DNA of 64,000 bases, from positions 223,264,001 through 223,328,000 of the forward strand of contig NC_086097.1 of the NCBI RefSeq assembly GCF_963921235.1. Reading direction: 5' to 3'. Origin of the DNA: Mobula hypostoma (taxonomy: Eukaryota). Below the pieces are notes generated by a model, which did no database searches, was not told the origin of the DNA, and saw only the letters and a list, made by a program, of their open reading frames with translations. Positions 13,003-25,009 of this stretch are shown piece after piece. The position numbers were made by a program, and so were the translations under genes. Numbering within the stretch: position 1 is the first letter of the stretch; every line of letters starts with the position of its first letter.

Positions 13003-15414
13003 ATGACAACTGGTATATCAGATGACCTTCGGGAGATCAGCGACACACCCAAGACAGCAGTGATTAACAATGAACTGTCGAGACTCCAAGTGGACATCGC
13101 AACACTCCAAGCGACACGTCTCGCAGAATCGGGAACCCTACGTGAAAGAGACTATACTTTCTTCTGGCAGGGGAAGGGCTCAGACGAGACCAGAGAGCAT
13201 GGTGTCGGCTTTGCTGTGCAGAACTCGCTGCTGAAGATGGTAGAGCCTAGTGAGAAAGGGACAGAGTGGATTTTCTCACTTCAACTCCACACATTCGACG
13301 GGCCTGTCAACCTTGTCAGCGTTTATGCCCCAACTCTCTACTCCACACAAGACACAAAGGACGAGTTCTACGACCAGCTCTCAATGATGATACAGGAGAT
13401 CCCAAGTCAGGAACAGTTGCTGCTACTTGGAGACTTCAATGCCAGAGTGGGCGCTGACCACGACTCCTGGCTAAGCTGCCTGGGGCGGTATGGGATTGGC
13501 AGCATGAATGACAACGGGCAACGACTGCTCGAGCTTTGCATGCTCCACGAATTGTGTGTCACCAACACCTACTTCCAGACCAAAGCTCAGCACAAGGTGT
13601 CTTGGCAGCATCCCCGCTCCAGACACTGGCACCAGCTAGACCTGATAATCACAAGACGCCGTCACCTGAGAAACGTGCTCACGACTCGCTCCTTTCAGAG
13701 TGCCGACTGCGACATGGATCACTCTCTGATTTGCTGCAAGATTAAACTTCGGCCGAAGAAGATGCACTGCGCCAAGCCTCCAGGCAAGCAGCGCATCGAT
13801 GCCAGTAAGACACAACACCCAGACAAAGCTGCGGAGTTCATCAAGTCACTGGAGGATGCTCTCCTTGCAGACCCACCAGAAGGAGATGCTCAGCAGAGAT
13901 GGGATTCTCTCAGGGACACTATCCACAGCACTGCACTCAAGGCCTTTGGGATGAAACGGGGCAAGGCACAGGATTGGTTTGAAGCGAGCTCAAGTAAGCT
14001 CACCCCTGTCATCGAGGTGAAGCGTGATGCACTACTAGAGCACAAACACCACCCCGCCCAGGCAACACTGCAAGCACTAAGGACAGCAAGAAGCAGGGCC
14101 CAGGAAACAGCCAGACGCTGTGCAAATGACTACTGGCTACAACTGTGCGAAAGTATTCAGTCATCATTTGACACAGGCAACATCCGTGAAGTGTATGAGG
14201 GGATCAAGATAGCCATCAGGCCAACCCAGAGCAAGACAGCATCATTGAAAACTATAACAGGCGAGACCATCAGTGACAAAGGCAAGCGGAACGAGAGATG
14301 GGTGGAGCATTACTCTGAACTTTTCTCCAGAGAAAACAGCATCTTGGACAGCGCGCTAGACGCCATGGAATGCCTGCCTGTCATGAAGGAACTTGATGCA
14401 TTGCCGACTGCCGAAGAGCTGAGTAAAGCCATCGACAGCCTGCCCACTGAGAAGGCACCAGGATTGGATGGCATTCTACCAGAGGCCATCAAGTGTGCAA
14501 AGGGAATCCTGCTAGACCACCTACACGAACTACTGTGCCAGTGCTGGACAGAGGGAGCAGTGTCGCAAGACATGAGAGACTGCAACATTGTCACCATATA
14601 TAAGAACAAACGGGATAGAAGCGACTGTAACAGCTACAGGGGAATCTCCTTGCTGAGCGTCGTTGGGAAGGTCTTCGCCCGCGTGGTCCTGAACAGACTG
14701 CAGAAAATAGCCGAAAGGGTATATCCCGAGTCTCAGTGCGGTTTCAGGTCGGAACACTCCACAATCGACATGATCTTCTCCCTTCGACAGCTACAAGAGA
14801 AATGCAGAGAGCAAAGACAACCACTCTACGTCGTTTTCATTGACCTTACAAAGGCCTTCGACCTTGTGAGCAGAGACGGCCTGTTCAAAATCCTCGCCAG
14901 GATCGGTTGTCCCCCGAGGCTCCTCAGGATAGTTCAGTCATTCCACACAGACATGAAGGGCGTCGTTCAGTTCAACGGCTCTTCTTCGGAGGCCTTCAAC
15001 ATCCGCAGCGGTGTGGAGCAGGGCTGTGCGCTTGCCCCCACCCTGTTTGGCATCTTCTTCGCAGTCATGCTGAAGCACGCCTTTGGAACATCAACTGATG
15101 GTGTCTACCTCCATACCAGATTGGACGGGAGGCAGTTCAGTCTGTCCCGGCTGAGGGCAACAAACAAGGTTCGTGAAGTACTCATCGGGGACATGTTGTT
15201 TGCAGATGATGCGGCACTGGCAACACACTCTGAAGAGCAACTGCATCGCCTCATGGACAGCTTCTCAAGAGCTTGCCAGGACTTCAGCTTGACCATCAGC
15301 CTGAAGAAAACCAACGTGTTGGGCCAAGGCGTTGAGCACCCCCCTGCCATTACCATCAACAACTACGAGCTGGAAGTAGTTCACGACTTTACACGGACAG
15401 CCTCTCCTGACTAG
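13003..15414 (+). CDS. RTE LINE ORF (APE endonuclease plus reverse transcriptase), truncated by a nested insertion
   Basis: 803-aa ORF with GDFNARVG, YRGISLL, QCGFR, FIDLTKAFD and LFADDAAL. Confidence 0.9.
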   Translation: MTTGISDDLREISDTPKTAVINNELSRLQVDIATLQATRLAESGTLRERDYTFFWQGKGSDETREHGVGFAVQNSLLKMVEPSEKGTEWIFSLQLHTFDGPVNLVSVYAPTLYSTQDTKDEFYDQLSMMIQEIPSQEQLLLLGDFNARVGADHDSWLSCLGRYGIGSMNDNGQRLLELCMLHELCVTNTYFQTKAQHKVSWQHPRSRHWHQLDLIITRRRHLRNVLTTRSFQSADCDMDHSLICCKIKLRPKKMHCAKPPGKQRIDASKTQHPDKAAEFIKSLEDALLADPPEGDAQQRWDSLRDTIHSTALKAFGMKRGKAQDWFEASSSKLTPVIEVKRDALLEHKHHPAQATLQALRTARSRAQETARRCANDYWLQLCESIQSSFDTGNIREVYEGIKIAIRPTQSKTASLKTITGETISDKGKRNERWVEHYSELFSRENSILDSALDAMECLPVMKELDALPTAEELSKAIDSLPTEKAPGLDGILPEAIKCAKGILLDHLHELLCQCWTEGAVSQDMRDCNIVTIYKNKRDRSDCNSYRGISLLSVVGKVFARVVLNRLQKIAERVYPESQCGFRSEHSTIDMIFSLRQLQEKCREQRQPLYVVFIDLTKAFDLVSRDGLFKILARIGCPPRLLRIVQSFHTDMKGVVQFNGSSSEAFNIRSGVEQGCALAPTLFGIFFAVMLKHAFGTSTDGVYLHTRLDGRQFSLSRLRATNKVREVLIGDMLFADDAALATHSEEQLHRLMDSFSRACQDFSLTISLKKTNVLGQGVEHPPAITINNYELEVVHDFTRTASPD

Positions 15415-16618
15415 GAGTTGAGGATGCCATCGTCTACCTGCTGAACTGTGTCTACGCCCACCTGGACAAGCCAGCGAGCACTGTGAGGGTCATGTTTTTT
15501 GACTTCTCCAGTGCGTTCAACACCATCCCCCCTGCTCTGCTGGGGGAGAAGCTGACAGCGATGCAGGTGGATGCTTCCCTGGTGTCATGGATTCTTGACT
15601 ACCTGACTGGCAGACCACAGTACGTGTGCTTGCAACACTGTGTGTCCGACAGAGTGATCAGCAGCACTGGGGCTCCACAAGGGACTGTCTTGTCTCCCTT
15701 TCTCTTCACCATTTACACATCGGACTTCAACTACTGCACAGAGTCTTGTCATCTTCAGAAGTTTTCAGATGACTCTGCCATTGTTGGATGCATCAGCAAG
15801 GGAGATGAGGCTGAGTACAGGGCTACGGTAGGAAACTTTGTCACATGGTGTGAGCAGAATTATCTGCAGCTTAATGTGAAAAAGACTAAGGAGCTGGTGG
15901 TAGACCTGAGGAGAGCTAAGGTACCGGTGACGCCTGTTTCCATCCAGGGGGTCAGTGTGGACTTGGTGGAGGGTTACAAATACCTGGGGATATGAATTGA
16001 CAATAAACTGGACTGGTCAAAGAACACTGAGGCTGTCTACAAGAAGGGTCAGAGCCGTCTCTATTTCCTGAGGAGACTGAGGTCCTTTAACATCTGCCGG
16101 ACGATGCTGAGGATGTTCTACGAGTCTGTGGTGGCCAGTGCTATCATGTTTGCTGTTGTGTGCTGGGGCAGCAGGCTGAGAGTAGCAGACACCAACAGAA
16201 TCAACAAACTCATTCGTAAGGCCAGAGATGTTGTGGGGATGGAACTGGACTCTCTCACAGTGGTGTCTGAAAAGAGGATGCTGTCCAAGTTGCATGCCAT
16301 CTTGGACAATGTCTCCCATCCACTACATAATGTACTGGGTGGGCACAGGAGTACATTCAGCCAGAGACTCATTCCACCGAGATGCAGCACTGAGCGTCAT
16401 AGGAAGTCATTCCTGCCTGTGGCCATCAAACTTTACAACTCCTCCCTTGGAGGGTCAGACACCCTGAGCCAATAGGCTGGTCCTGGACTTATTTCATAAT
16501 TTACTGGCATAATTTACATATTACTATTTATGGTTTTATTACTATTTATTATATATGGTGCAACTGTAACGAAAACCAATTTCCCCTGGGATCAATAAAG
16601 TATGACTATGACTATGAC
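15410..16618 (+). mobile_element. 5'-truncated Rex1/Babar-like LINE inserted in the RTE
   Basis: ORFs 15483..15995 (FFDFSSAFNTI, GAPQGTVLSP, KFSDDS) and 16104..16475. Tail aataaag(tatgac)n. Confidence 0.9.
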
Positions 16619-17564
16619 AAGACCCCGAGATCAATAGACAGATCGGACGAGCAGCCTCAATATTCGCCAGGCTGACAAAGAGAGTCTGGGAAAACAGAAA
16701 GCTGACAACACACACCAAAGCTGGAGTCTACAGGGCCTGCGTCCTCAGCACACTGCGTTACGGCAGCGAGATCTAGAGCCTCTACTACAGACGAGAGCGG
16801 CGTCTCAACGCCTTCCACCTTCGCAGCCTGAGACGCATCCTGGACATCACGTGGACTGACCAAGTCACCAACAATGAGGTCCTGGCCCACACCCAGATAC
16901 CCAGCCTCTTCACCCTGCTCCAACAATGCCGTCTCCGCCGGCTGGGCCACGTACACCACATGTCAGACGGGAGGATCCCGAAAGACCTGCTGTACGGGGA
17001 ACTGGCCTCCGGCAAGAGAGCACAAGGGCAGCCCCATCTTTGTTTCAAAGACGTTTGCACGAGAGACATGAAGTCACTGAAAATGAACGTGGAGAGGTGG
17101 GAGGACATCACAAGCAATTGCTCTCACTGGAGGCTGGAACTACACAGAGGTCTAAAAAGAGGAGAAGAGAAGCTGAGGCTTGCTGCTGAAGAAAAGCGCA
17201 CTCGTCAGAAAAACAGCACCAAGACAACACTGGAGGACAGTGCCTTCAAGTGCAGTTGCTGCAGCCGAGACTGTCACTCCAGTGTGGGCCTCTACAGCCA
17301 CAATAGACGCTGCTCTAATGCAGACTGAAGCAAGACTTTCCAGGCGCAGATCCATGGTCTCGCGAGACTAACGGATGCCACCACCACCAGTATAAATAGT
17401 AAAGTAGCTGGAGGGGTGGGCCAAAATGGACCTGCTGATGCAGGCCTTCCATACTTAATTAATATTTACACCTGTCTTTATTAAGAAAATTGTGTCTGCC
17501 ATAGAAACAATAAGAGAAATAAAATAGATATTTAAAAAAAAAAGCATTAAAAAAGTTGGATATA

Positions 17565-18080
17565 CAAATGCTGGAAATCTTGAGCAACAAGCACAAAATG
17601 CTTGAGGAATTCAGAAAATCAAACAGCACCTATGGAGGGGTATAAACAGTTGACATTTTGGGCTGAGACCCTTTATTGGGGCCGGAAATGAAGGGGACAG
17701 AAACCAGACAAGAAGATGGGGGTGGGGGGGGGAGTAGGGTTAAGAGTACAAACTGGCAAGTGATAGGTGAAACCAGGTGAAGGGGCAGGTGGGGGAATGG
17801 GGATGAATTAAGAAGTTGGGAGGTGATAGGTGGAAGAAGTGAAAGGCTGAAGAAGAAGCTGTCTGACAGAAGAGGATAGTTGACCATGGATGAAAGTGAA
17901 AGAGCTGAGGCACCAGAGGGAGATGATGAGCAGGTGAAGAGAAGAGAAAGGGTGAGAAGGAAATTGGATGGAAAAAGATGGGGGAGAAATGATTAGAAAT
18001 TAGAGAAATCAATGCTGATACCATCAGGTTGGAGGCTACCCAGACAGATTATGAGGTGTTGCTCTTCCAACCTGAGTGTA
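17565..18080 (-). mobile_element. Penelope-like element 3' fragment
   Basis: Minus strand encodes LRLEEQHLIICLGSLQPDG (GIY-YIG C-terminus), then a pyrimidine-rich UTR and pLTR like 35071-35675. Confidence 0.8.
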
Positions 18081-18354
18081 TTGTCAGAAAATTAGAAAAT
18101 TTCAAATGTTATACCTGTGTTGAAAATGGAAAGTAACATTAAACCTGAAACTGAGGGCTGGTTATTTTAACATTAGTGACAATGATGATTTTGGAAACAA
18201 TAATCGGGGATAAAATTAGTAGACATTTGGTAAAGAATAGATTAATTAATGACAACCTGCATTGATTTGTAAAAAGCAGTTTGACAGAGGTAACAGAGGA
18301 TAGACCAGGTCAATGCAGTTCCTGTGGTATGAACTTTCAAAGAGTGCTGGTAAA

Positions 18355-19310
18355 GACCATAAGGTATTGGAGCAGAATTAGGCCATTTGGCCCATTGTGT
18401 CTACTCTGCTATTTCATCATGGCTGATCCATTTTCCTGCTCAGCTCCATTCTCCTGCCTTCTCCCTGTGTCTCTTCATACCCTGACTACTCAAGAATCTA
18501 TAAACCTCTGCCTTAAATATACCCAATAACTTGGCCCCCACAGCCACCAAGATTCACAATGAATTCCACAGATTCACCACTCTATGGCTCAGGAAATTCC
18601 TTCTCATCAGGTAATGTTACAGCTATATAAGACCCTGGTCAGACCCCACTTGGAGTACTGTGTTCAGTTCTGGTCACCTCACTACAGGAAGGATGTGGAT
18701 ACAATAGAAACAGTGCAGAGGAGATTTACAAGGATGTTGCCTGGATTGGAGAACATGCTTTATGAGAATAGTTTGAGTGAACTTGGCCTTTTCTCCTTGG
18801 AGTGGCAGAGGATGAGGTGACCTGATAGAGGTGTATAAGCTGATGAGAGGCATTGGTTGTATGGATATCCAGAGGCTTTTTCCCAGGGCTGAAATGGCTA
18901 ACATGAGGGAGCGTAGTTTTAAGGTGCTGGGAAGTAGCTACAAGGGGGATGTCAGAGGTAAGTTTTTCACACAGAGAGCGGCTGTTGAGTGGAATGCACT
19001 GCCAGTGACAGTGGTAGAGGCAGATCCAATAGGGTCTTTTAAGAGACTCTGGATAGGTACATGGAGCTCAGAAAAATAGAGGGCTATGTGGTAATGAAAT
19101 TCTAAGCAGTTTCAAGAGTAGGTTACATGGTCAGTACAACATTGTGGGCCAAAGGGCCTGTAATGTGCTGTAGATTTCTATGTTCTATGTTCTATCTCCC
19201 TTCTAAAAGGGCACCACTCTAGTCTGAGGCTGTGTCCTCTGGTCTTAGACTCTCCCACCAGAGGAAACAGCCTCTCCACATCTACACCATCGAGGCCTGC
19301 AACATTTGAT
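18355..19310. mobile_element. Nested CR1 fragments: a + strand copy (about 18608-19195) inside a minus-strand 3' fragment
   Basis: ORFs 18584..18820 and 18831..19079 (LVRPHLEYCVQFWSP). (ttctatg)n tail. Flanks resemble the minus-strand CR1 at 4270-4620. Confidence 0.8.
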
Positions 19311-19699
19311 AGATTAAAGTGCCATATAATAAACGTTCAAGATTTAATTCATACAATGGAAGTTATATTGGAAGGAAAGATAATGACAAAAAACTGTTGT
19401 AGTGAATGCTGTTTCTTTTCAGGTGATAAGAAATTGGTCAGCGGTGTTCCCTGGGCCTACTTTTTATTGGTAATATGGATTTGGTTTTGTAGTCGACAGT
19501 TTCAAAATCCATAGACAACAAAAAACCAGGGAAGTATCATAAATGTGAGGAAGACAACGACAGACTGTGTGAGAACACAGAATGTCGAATGGGGAATGCA
19601 TATCAGATAAAAACTGTTATGATTACATTTTGATAGAAAAGGAAGGGAGAAGCAAAATTATAAAGTACAGATCTAAAACCGATGCTGGAGCAGTTTGTA

Positions 19700-21145
19700 T
19701 AGAGCCTATAAAAAGTATTCCCCCCCCCCTTAGAATTTTTCATGTTTTATCGTCTTACGACATTGAATCACGGTGCATTTAATTTGGCTTTTTTAAAATA
19801 CTGATCAACAGAAAAAGACTATTCCATGTCAAAGTGAAAATAGATCTCTACAAAGTGATCTAAATTAATTACAAATATAAAACACAAAATAATTGTTTGC
19901 ATTAAGTATTAACCCCCTTTAATATGACACACCAAATCATCGCTGGTGCAGCCAATTGGTTTTAAAAGACACATAATCAGTTAAATGGAGATCACCTGTG
20001 CACAGTCAAGGTGTTTCAATTGATTGTAGTAAAAAATACACCTGTATTTGGAAGGTCCAACTGCTGATGGGTCAGTATTCTGTCTAAAACCACACCATGA
20101 AGTCAAAAGAATTCTTCAAGCAACTCCATGAAAAGGGTTATTGAAAAGCACAAGTCAGGAGATGGAGGAGTTATGAACTTCAGTGGCTGAGATGGGAGAG
20201 ACTGTGCATATAACAACTGGAGCTTCACCAGTTGCAGCTTTATGGGAGAGTGTCAAAAGATGTCACTGTTGAAGAAAAGCCCACATGAAATCTTGACTAG
20301 AGTTTGCGAGAAGGCATTGGGAGATTCTGAAGTCAGCTGGAAGAAGCTTCTATGGTCTGATGCAACCAAAGTTGAGCTTTTGGCCATCAGACTAAGTGCT
20401 ATGTTTGGCATAAGCCAATCATTGCATATCATCAAAAACACAACATCCCTACCGTGGGGCTGCATCATGCTGTGGGGATGCTTCGCTGCAGCAGGCCCTG
20501 GAAGGCTTGTGAAGGTAGAGGGTAAAAGGAATGCAACAAAATACAGGGAGATTTTGGAGGAAAACCTGATGTAGTCTGCAGCAGAACTGCAACTTGGGAG
20601 ATCTGTCTTCCAGTAAGACAATGACCCCCAAGCATATACAGCACCCTGACCAAGCTACACAGGAATGGCTTCAAAACAACAAAGATAATGTCCCGGAGCA
20701 GCCAAGTCAGAGTCCAGACCTCAGTCAAATTGAGAATTTGTGGCTGGACTTGACAAGGGCCATTCACTCACGATTCCCCTACAATCTGACAGAGCTTGAG
20801 CACTTTTGTAAAGAAGAATGGGGGGAAAAAAATTGCAGTGTCCCGATGTGCAAAGCTGATAGAGACCTATCCACACACAGACTCAAGGCTGTAATTGCTG
20901 CCAAAGGTACATCTACTACACACTGTCTTGAAGGGGTTGAGTAATTATGCAATCAATTATTTTGTGTTTAATAATTGTAATAAATTTAGACCAACTTGTA
21001 GAAATTTGTTATCACGTAGATATAAAAGAGTCTCTTCTGTGAACAGTGTCAAAAAAGCCAAATTAAATCCCCAGTGACTCAGTGTTGTAAAACAATAAAA
21101 TATGAAAACTTCTGGGGGGGGGGGGAATACTTTATATAGGTACTG
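19700..21145 (+). mobile_element. Decayed Tc1 transposon with long TIRs
   Basis: TIRs cctataaaaagtattccccc / gggggaatactttatatagg. Transposase remnants LWSDATK, DNDPKH and SQSPDLSQIENLW (DD34E type). Confidence 0.9.
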
Positions 21146-21639
21146 TGTATGCATTAAATCTTTAATGGTGTAAGGGTACTTTGAGAAAGTATGTTATGTC
21201 AAAGCTGGGATTGTTCTCCTAGAGAATGGAGGGTTGAGGAGGAGTGTGGGAGAGGCGCTAAAATAATGAATCATCAAGCAAAGAGGATAGAGGTAAACAA
21301 TTGTCATGTCAGGAGAATCAAGAACACAAAAATACAGATTTAAAGTGAGTGGCAAAAGAACCAAAATAACATGAGGGAAAAACTTCCTTAACAAATGGTT
21401 AGCATCTGGAGTACACAGTCTGACATGATGAAGGAGGTGGATTCAATAATAGTTTTCAGAAGTTAATTAAGCCAACATTTTGAAAAGAATTGGAAATCTT
21501 TGCAATCTTTACATTATAGTTAAGTTTGGGGGAGGGGTACGAGTTCCATGACTGAATGGCATCCTTTTTCTTTCCTGTTACTACTGGATTACTAGTGTTA
21601 TTTAGGGTCACATGCATTTCATTTGGTAGAACTCATTCA

Positions 21640-21784
21640 TGTCTTTGGCACTTCAGGCTGAAGTCACAGTCAAAAGACTGAATGGCAATCTAAGGAAAAA
21701 CTCCAGTGTTGTTCTGAAGGTATGCAGCAATAACAAAGGTTCTGCATTTTTTTGGTTGAAGTTAGATGGTAGATTATTTGGTTT
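21640..21784 (-). pseudogene. Candidate exon (KPNNLPSNFNQKNAEPLLLLHTFRTTLEFFLRLPFSLL)
   Basis: Pyrimidine-rich tract then ttgag|AAA. Resembles GREB1 PAQY..TFLAAPAQLLLEKFLQ. Donor not identified. Confidence 0.45.
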
Positions 21785-22248
21785 CTCAAGTGGACATGAA
21801 AGATGCATAGAAGAACATGTGATTTATCTTAAGTGACTTGGTCAACTTGCATCTGTCAATCAAATCTCAATAATCACATGGTTAATAATACATTGCTCTC
21901 TGTGGGAGTTTGTACAAATGTGCTATTGATTTCGACATTCCAAAAATATTATAAGTGCATTGGCTGTAAAGAGCTTTGGGACATTCTGAAGTTGTGAAAG
22001 ACAACCTTGAATAATGAATGTCATTTATTGTTTCATAGATATATTCATTCTACTCTAAGGAATTTAAGGTTGAAAATGATTTGAAGTTGATGTGATATGT
22101 GGCTCTAGACACCAGAGAATGTGATAAAGTCTTAGGATGGTTTCTGATCTCAGCACTATCATCAGTCAGGAGTTCCAGAAGACTCAGAGGTTATAATCGA
22201 TCTCAGAATGACTAGGAGTGTTGAAGTTATAACATTTAGCTTCTTAAC

Positions 22249-22521
22249 CTGGGAAAACACCGATAAAATTCATTCTTTCAAAATCTTGTTTCATGACTAT
22301 AAAGTCATAAAGCCATTCAAGAATATTTCTGCTGGAAAAGACCTATTTTAGATGTTTTAACCTACTGATGAAATCATTCCATTTTCTGTACTTGATAAAA
22401 CAGTGAAACATCAGACAGCTTGGAAAAAGACACTCCATCACCCTTTGGTATGGAACCACAGGAAATCACCTCATTATTCCAATTTCCCTACATGGCCATT
22501 TCCATGAAATTCAAAGCCATG
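22249..22521 (-). pseudogene. Exon (DFLWFHTKG.../NILEWLYDFIVMKQ)
   Basis: Acceptor gctatttttag|CAT; donor CAG|gttaag. Resembles GREB1 NFIILNVD..LLCRFNRFSVMKK. Contains stops and a frameshift. Confidence 0.55.
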
Positions 22522-23835
22522 CTAAAAATAGCACTGAAAACTGCTATAGTACAAAGCTATGACCCACATTACGAGTGCATTCCCAGCAATGACTAAAATT
22601 TAGTTTTAACAAATCCAGCCCAGAGAATTAGAATTTCTTTGAGCACACCATGGAAACTTACTGGCATATAGCTTTCAATTGATTGAATGAAACATTTTCA
22701 CAACAGAAAAATGTAAAACTGAATAATTGAAATGTGCAGTTTTGAATATCAAATTTTTAACTTTTGTCAGAATGTATAGTATGATAGCAAGTTAGTGAAG
22801 TCATTAGGTGAATTTAACAACACTTGAAACTGAGTTTAAGATAATTCTGATTCTCATATCAAATAAACCAGGTTCTCAATTAATTCATCCTATGAATTAG
22901 TATTGGCCAATACTGGTTCACATTGGTTAATACCCTTTAAATAACTGATGTGAAAAGCAGATTTGATGTGTACCGAGAGTGCAAAATGATTTTCAACTGA
23001 ATTACACTTAAGCAAGCTTGCATAACAAATTCACTAAATTGGCTAACAATACCTTGGCAGTGATGAAGTCACAGAATTTAGTCACCCATTGTTGCATACA
23101 CCACCTTATTTCTTAACCTGAGAGTGTGGGAAACCTCTGATTTAAGATCATTAGAATATTTAACCAATTCTATTTTTTTATTGGTACAAGTTTACAGTAT
23201 TGATATGCAACATACATTTAATGAGATTATCTACCATGTTGACTGTCAGAACATAAGATAAACTAACTTGAGTTCTGATCTTGCTACATTTTAACTCTGT
23301 AACTTCAGCTAAAGCCACATTAAACAGGACATGCCTTCAGAATTGGGGTTTCAAAGTTCCAGGTTTATTTATGTAATCATTAGATTGTACCTATTACTCA
23401 AAAAAGGTCAACAACATACTCTGAGAATGAACCCATAATTTATAAATGACGGACTGCTTGAATACCACAGTTTTATGGGTGGTGGAGAGAGCATGCTTCA
23501 GTTAACAATCCCCAACTGGAACATTTCAAACCCAAGCAATCTACTTTTAAAAAAACTTTAACTAACAAATACTTTTCTTAATTTACTGATATATCAAAAC
23601 AACTTTTCTTCTCAGAAATATGGCTTATAGTTTTTTTAATTTTATAACCCAGTTAAAATTATATTTTTTTTGCTTCTGCTTTCTATAATCTCTTTACTGA
23701 CTTAAATTACTGCTGAGAAATAGCACCATAGATACCAAGTACCTTGGATTGCCTTTCTAAAGCAGTTGTTATTTATGTGCGGGCGTAAGTGAGTCTTTGT
23801 GAGTCTGAGCGTGAGGCCTGAATGGGTGTATGTAC

Positions 23836-24134
23836 GTTATTTATGAGTGTTAGACTTGGCTGCAAGTGCACATGTTCGTGAAGAGGGCAGAGGGTGTGGA
23901 TTCAGCAATATGGTCATGGGTCATTCTCCAGAATACATTTAAAGGGAAGTTTTCCAGTGCACGAGTTGGTTTCCTACCAGCACAACAGATCTAATTCTAC
24001 TGACAACCAAACTTTTCTGATGTAGATATAGAAAAACTTCATTTAAATACAACATTATAAAGCTTGCATTTTGATGCAAAAGATACCATCTGAATATCAT
24101 ACGCAATTTCTCAGTGCTAGATGTCACTGTGACG
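23836..24134 (-). pseudogene. Exon covering the glycosyltransferase DD-motif-equivalent strand (RSVVLVGNQLVHWK)
   Basis: Overlaps ORF 23939..24175. Acceptor tttttactgtttgttaaaag|C. Resembles GREB1 PFIVISDDSCVMWN. 3' boundary uncertain. Confidence 0.55.
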
Positions 24135-24293
24135 CTTTTAACAAACAGTAAAAATACTGAATTTATACACTCCACAAATTCATTAAAAATGAATGTCTAT
24201 GTATAGCTTTTCATGAAATTCTATTGTGTTTCTTTTTTCATATAAATGCTTGTAAGAAAATGAATCTCATGGTAATATATAACATATTCATAC

Positions 24294-24421
24294 CAGTAGC
24301 AACCATATCAGCACCACTAGTATGTCTGTGATGGAGGTGTCCAATACATTGCAAGTTACTATGTTATCTGTTGTTTGTTTAGTCTGTTGGAAAGCTCCCT
24401 CCATCTGAAAGGTTAACTGGC
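24294..24421 (-). pseudogene. Exon (GQLTFQMEGAFQQ...ITDILVVLIWLLL)
   Basis: Acceptor ttatgttttccag|GC (phase 1); donor CTG|gtatga; 128 nt, open. Confidence 0.65.
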
Positions 24422-24557
24422 CTGGAAAACATAAATAATAATTCCAAAACTGAGCTATTGACAGGCTGTGAGTCAAGGTATGTCAGTGGGAGCAGGACTG
24501 ATGGATGAATGGGAATTGGTGAATCAGAATGGATGCACCACAATTTTAGATGCATAC

Positions 24558-25009
24558 CAGCTTACAGGAAGTAGAAAATGATGGGAGACTAATCAGAGAG
24601 GACTGGGATAGAGATAAAGGCTTGAATGACAGTTTCTCCAACGGTTGTTATGGATACAGTCATACAGTACTTGTAAATGTACTTGTACTTGTAAACTTGT
24701 ACTGGTGGTTAGAAGTTCAAATTCATCATCAAGGTTGTTATTTGTCTGGTACAGTCCCAAACATTTGTGGAGGGAGTCAATGTAGAGGGAATAAGGTATT
24801 TGCCAGAGACGAAAGGCAACGGTTTCAATATTCACAATATGTTTCTGCTCAAGAGATGTTGATGGAGAACCAAGTAATAACAGCAGAGTGGCTGAGATGA
24901 AGAGTTGTGATGCACAGCAGGGTGCTGTCAGCATACCTGCGGAACTTGCTGTTTTCATAGTTGATAGGGCGGTTACATAACAGAAGGCTTTAATTATTAG
25001 ATACAACTG
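24558..25009 (-). pseudogene. Exon (ETVAFRLWQIPYSLYIDSLHKC.../TVGETVIQAFISIP..IIFYFL*A)
   Basis: Explains the 156-aa ORF 24593..25063. Acceptor ttacag|CAG; donor CTG|gtatgc. Resembles GREB1 QTARMRLS..HHC and MLGEEIQLHFIIP. Frameshift near a tandem duplication at about 24666-24703. Confidence 0.7.

Larger units (their letters stand above)
12128..17388 (+). mobile_element. Full-length RTE (BovB-like) LINE
   Basis: 11-bp TSD AGTATAAATAG at 12117-12127 and 17389-17399. About 0.85-kb 5' UTR, APE+RT ORF, C-terminal part 16620-17328 and (cca)n tail. Confidence 0.93.
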
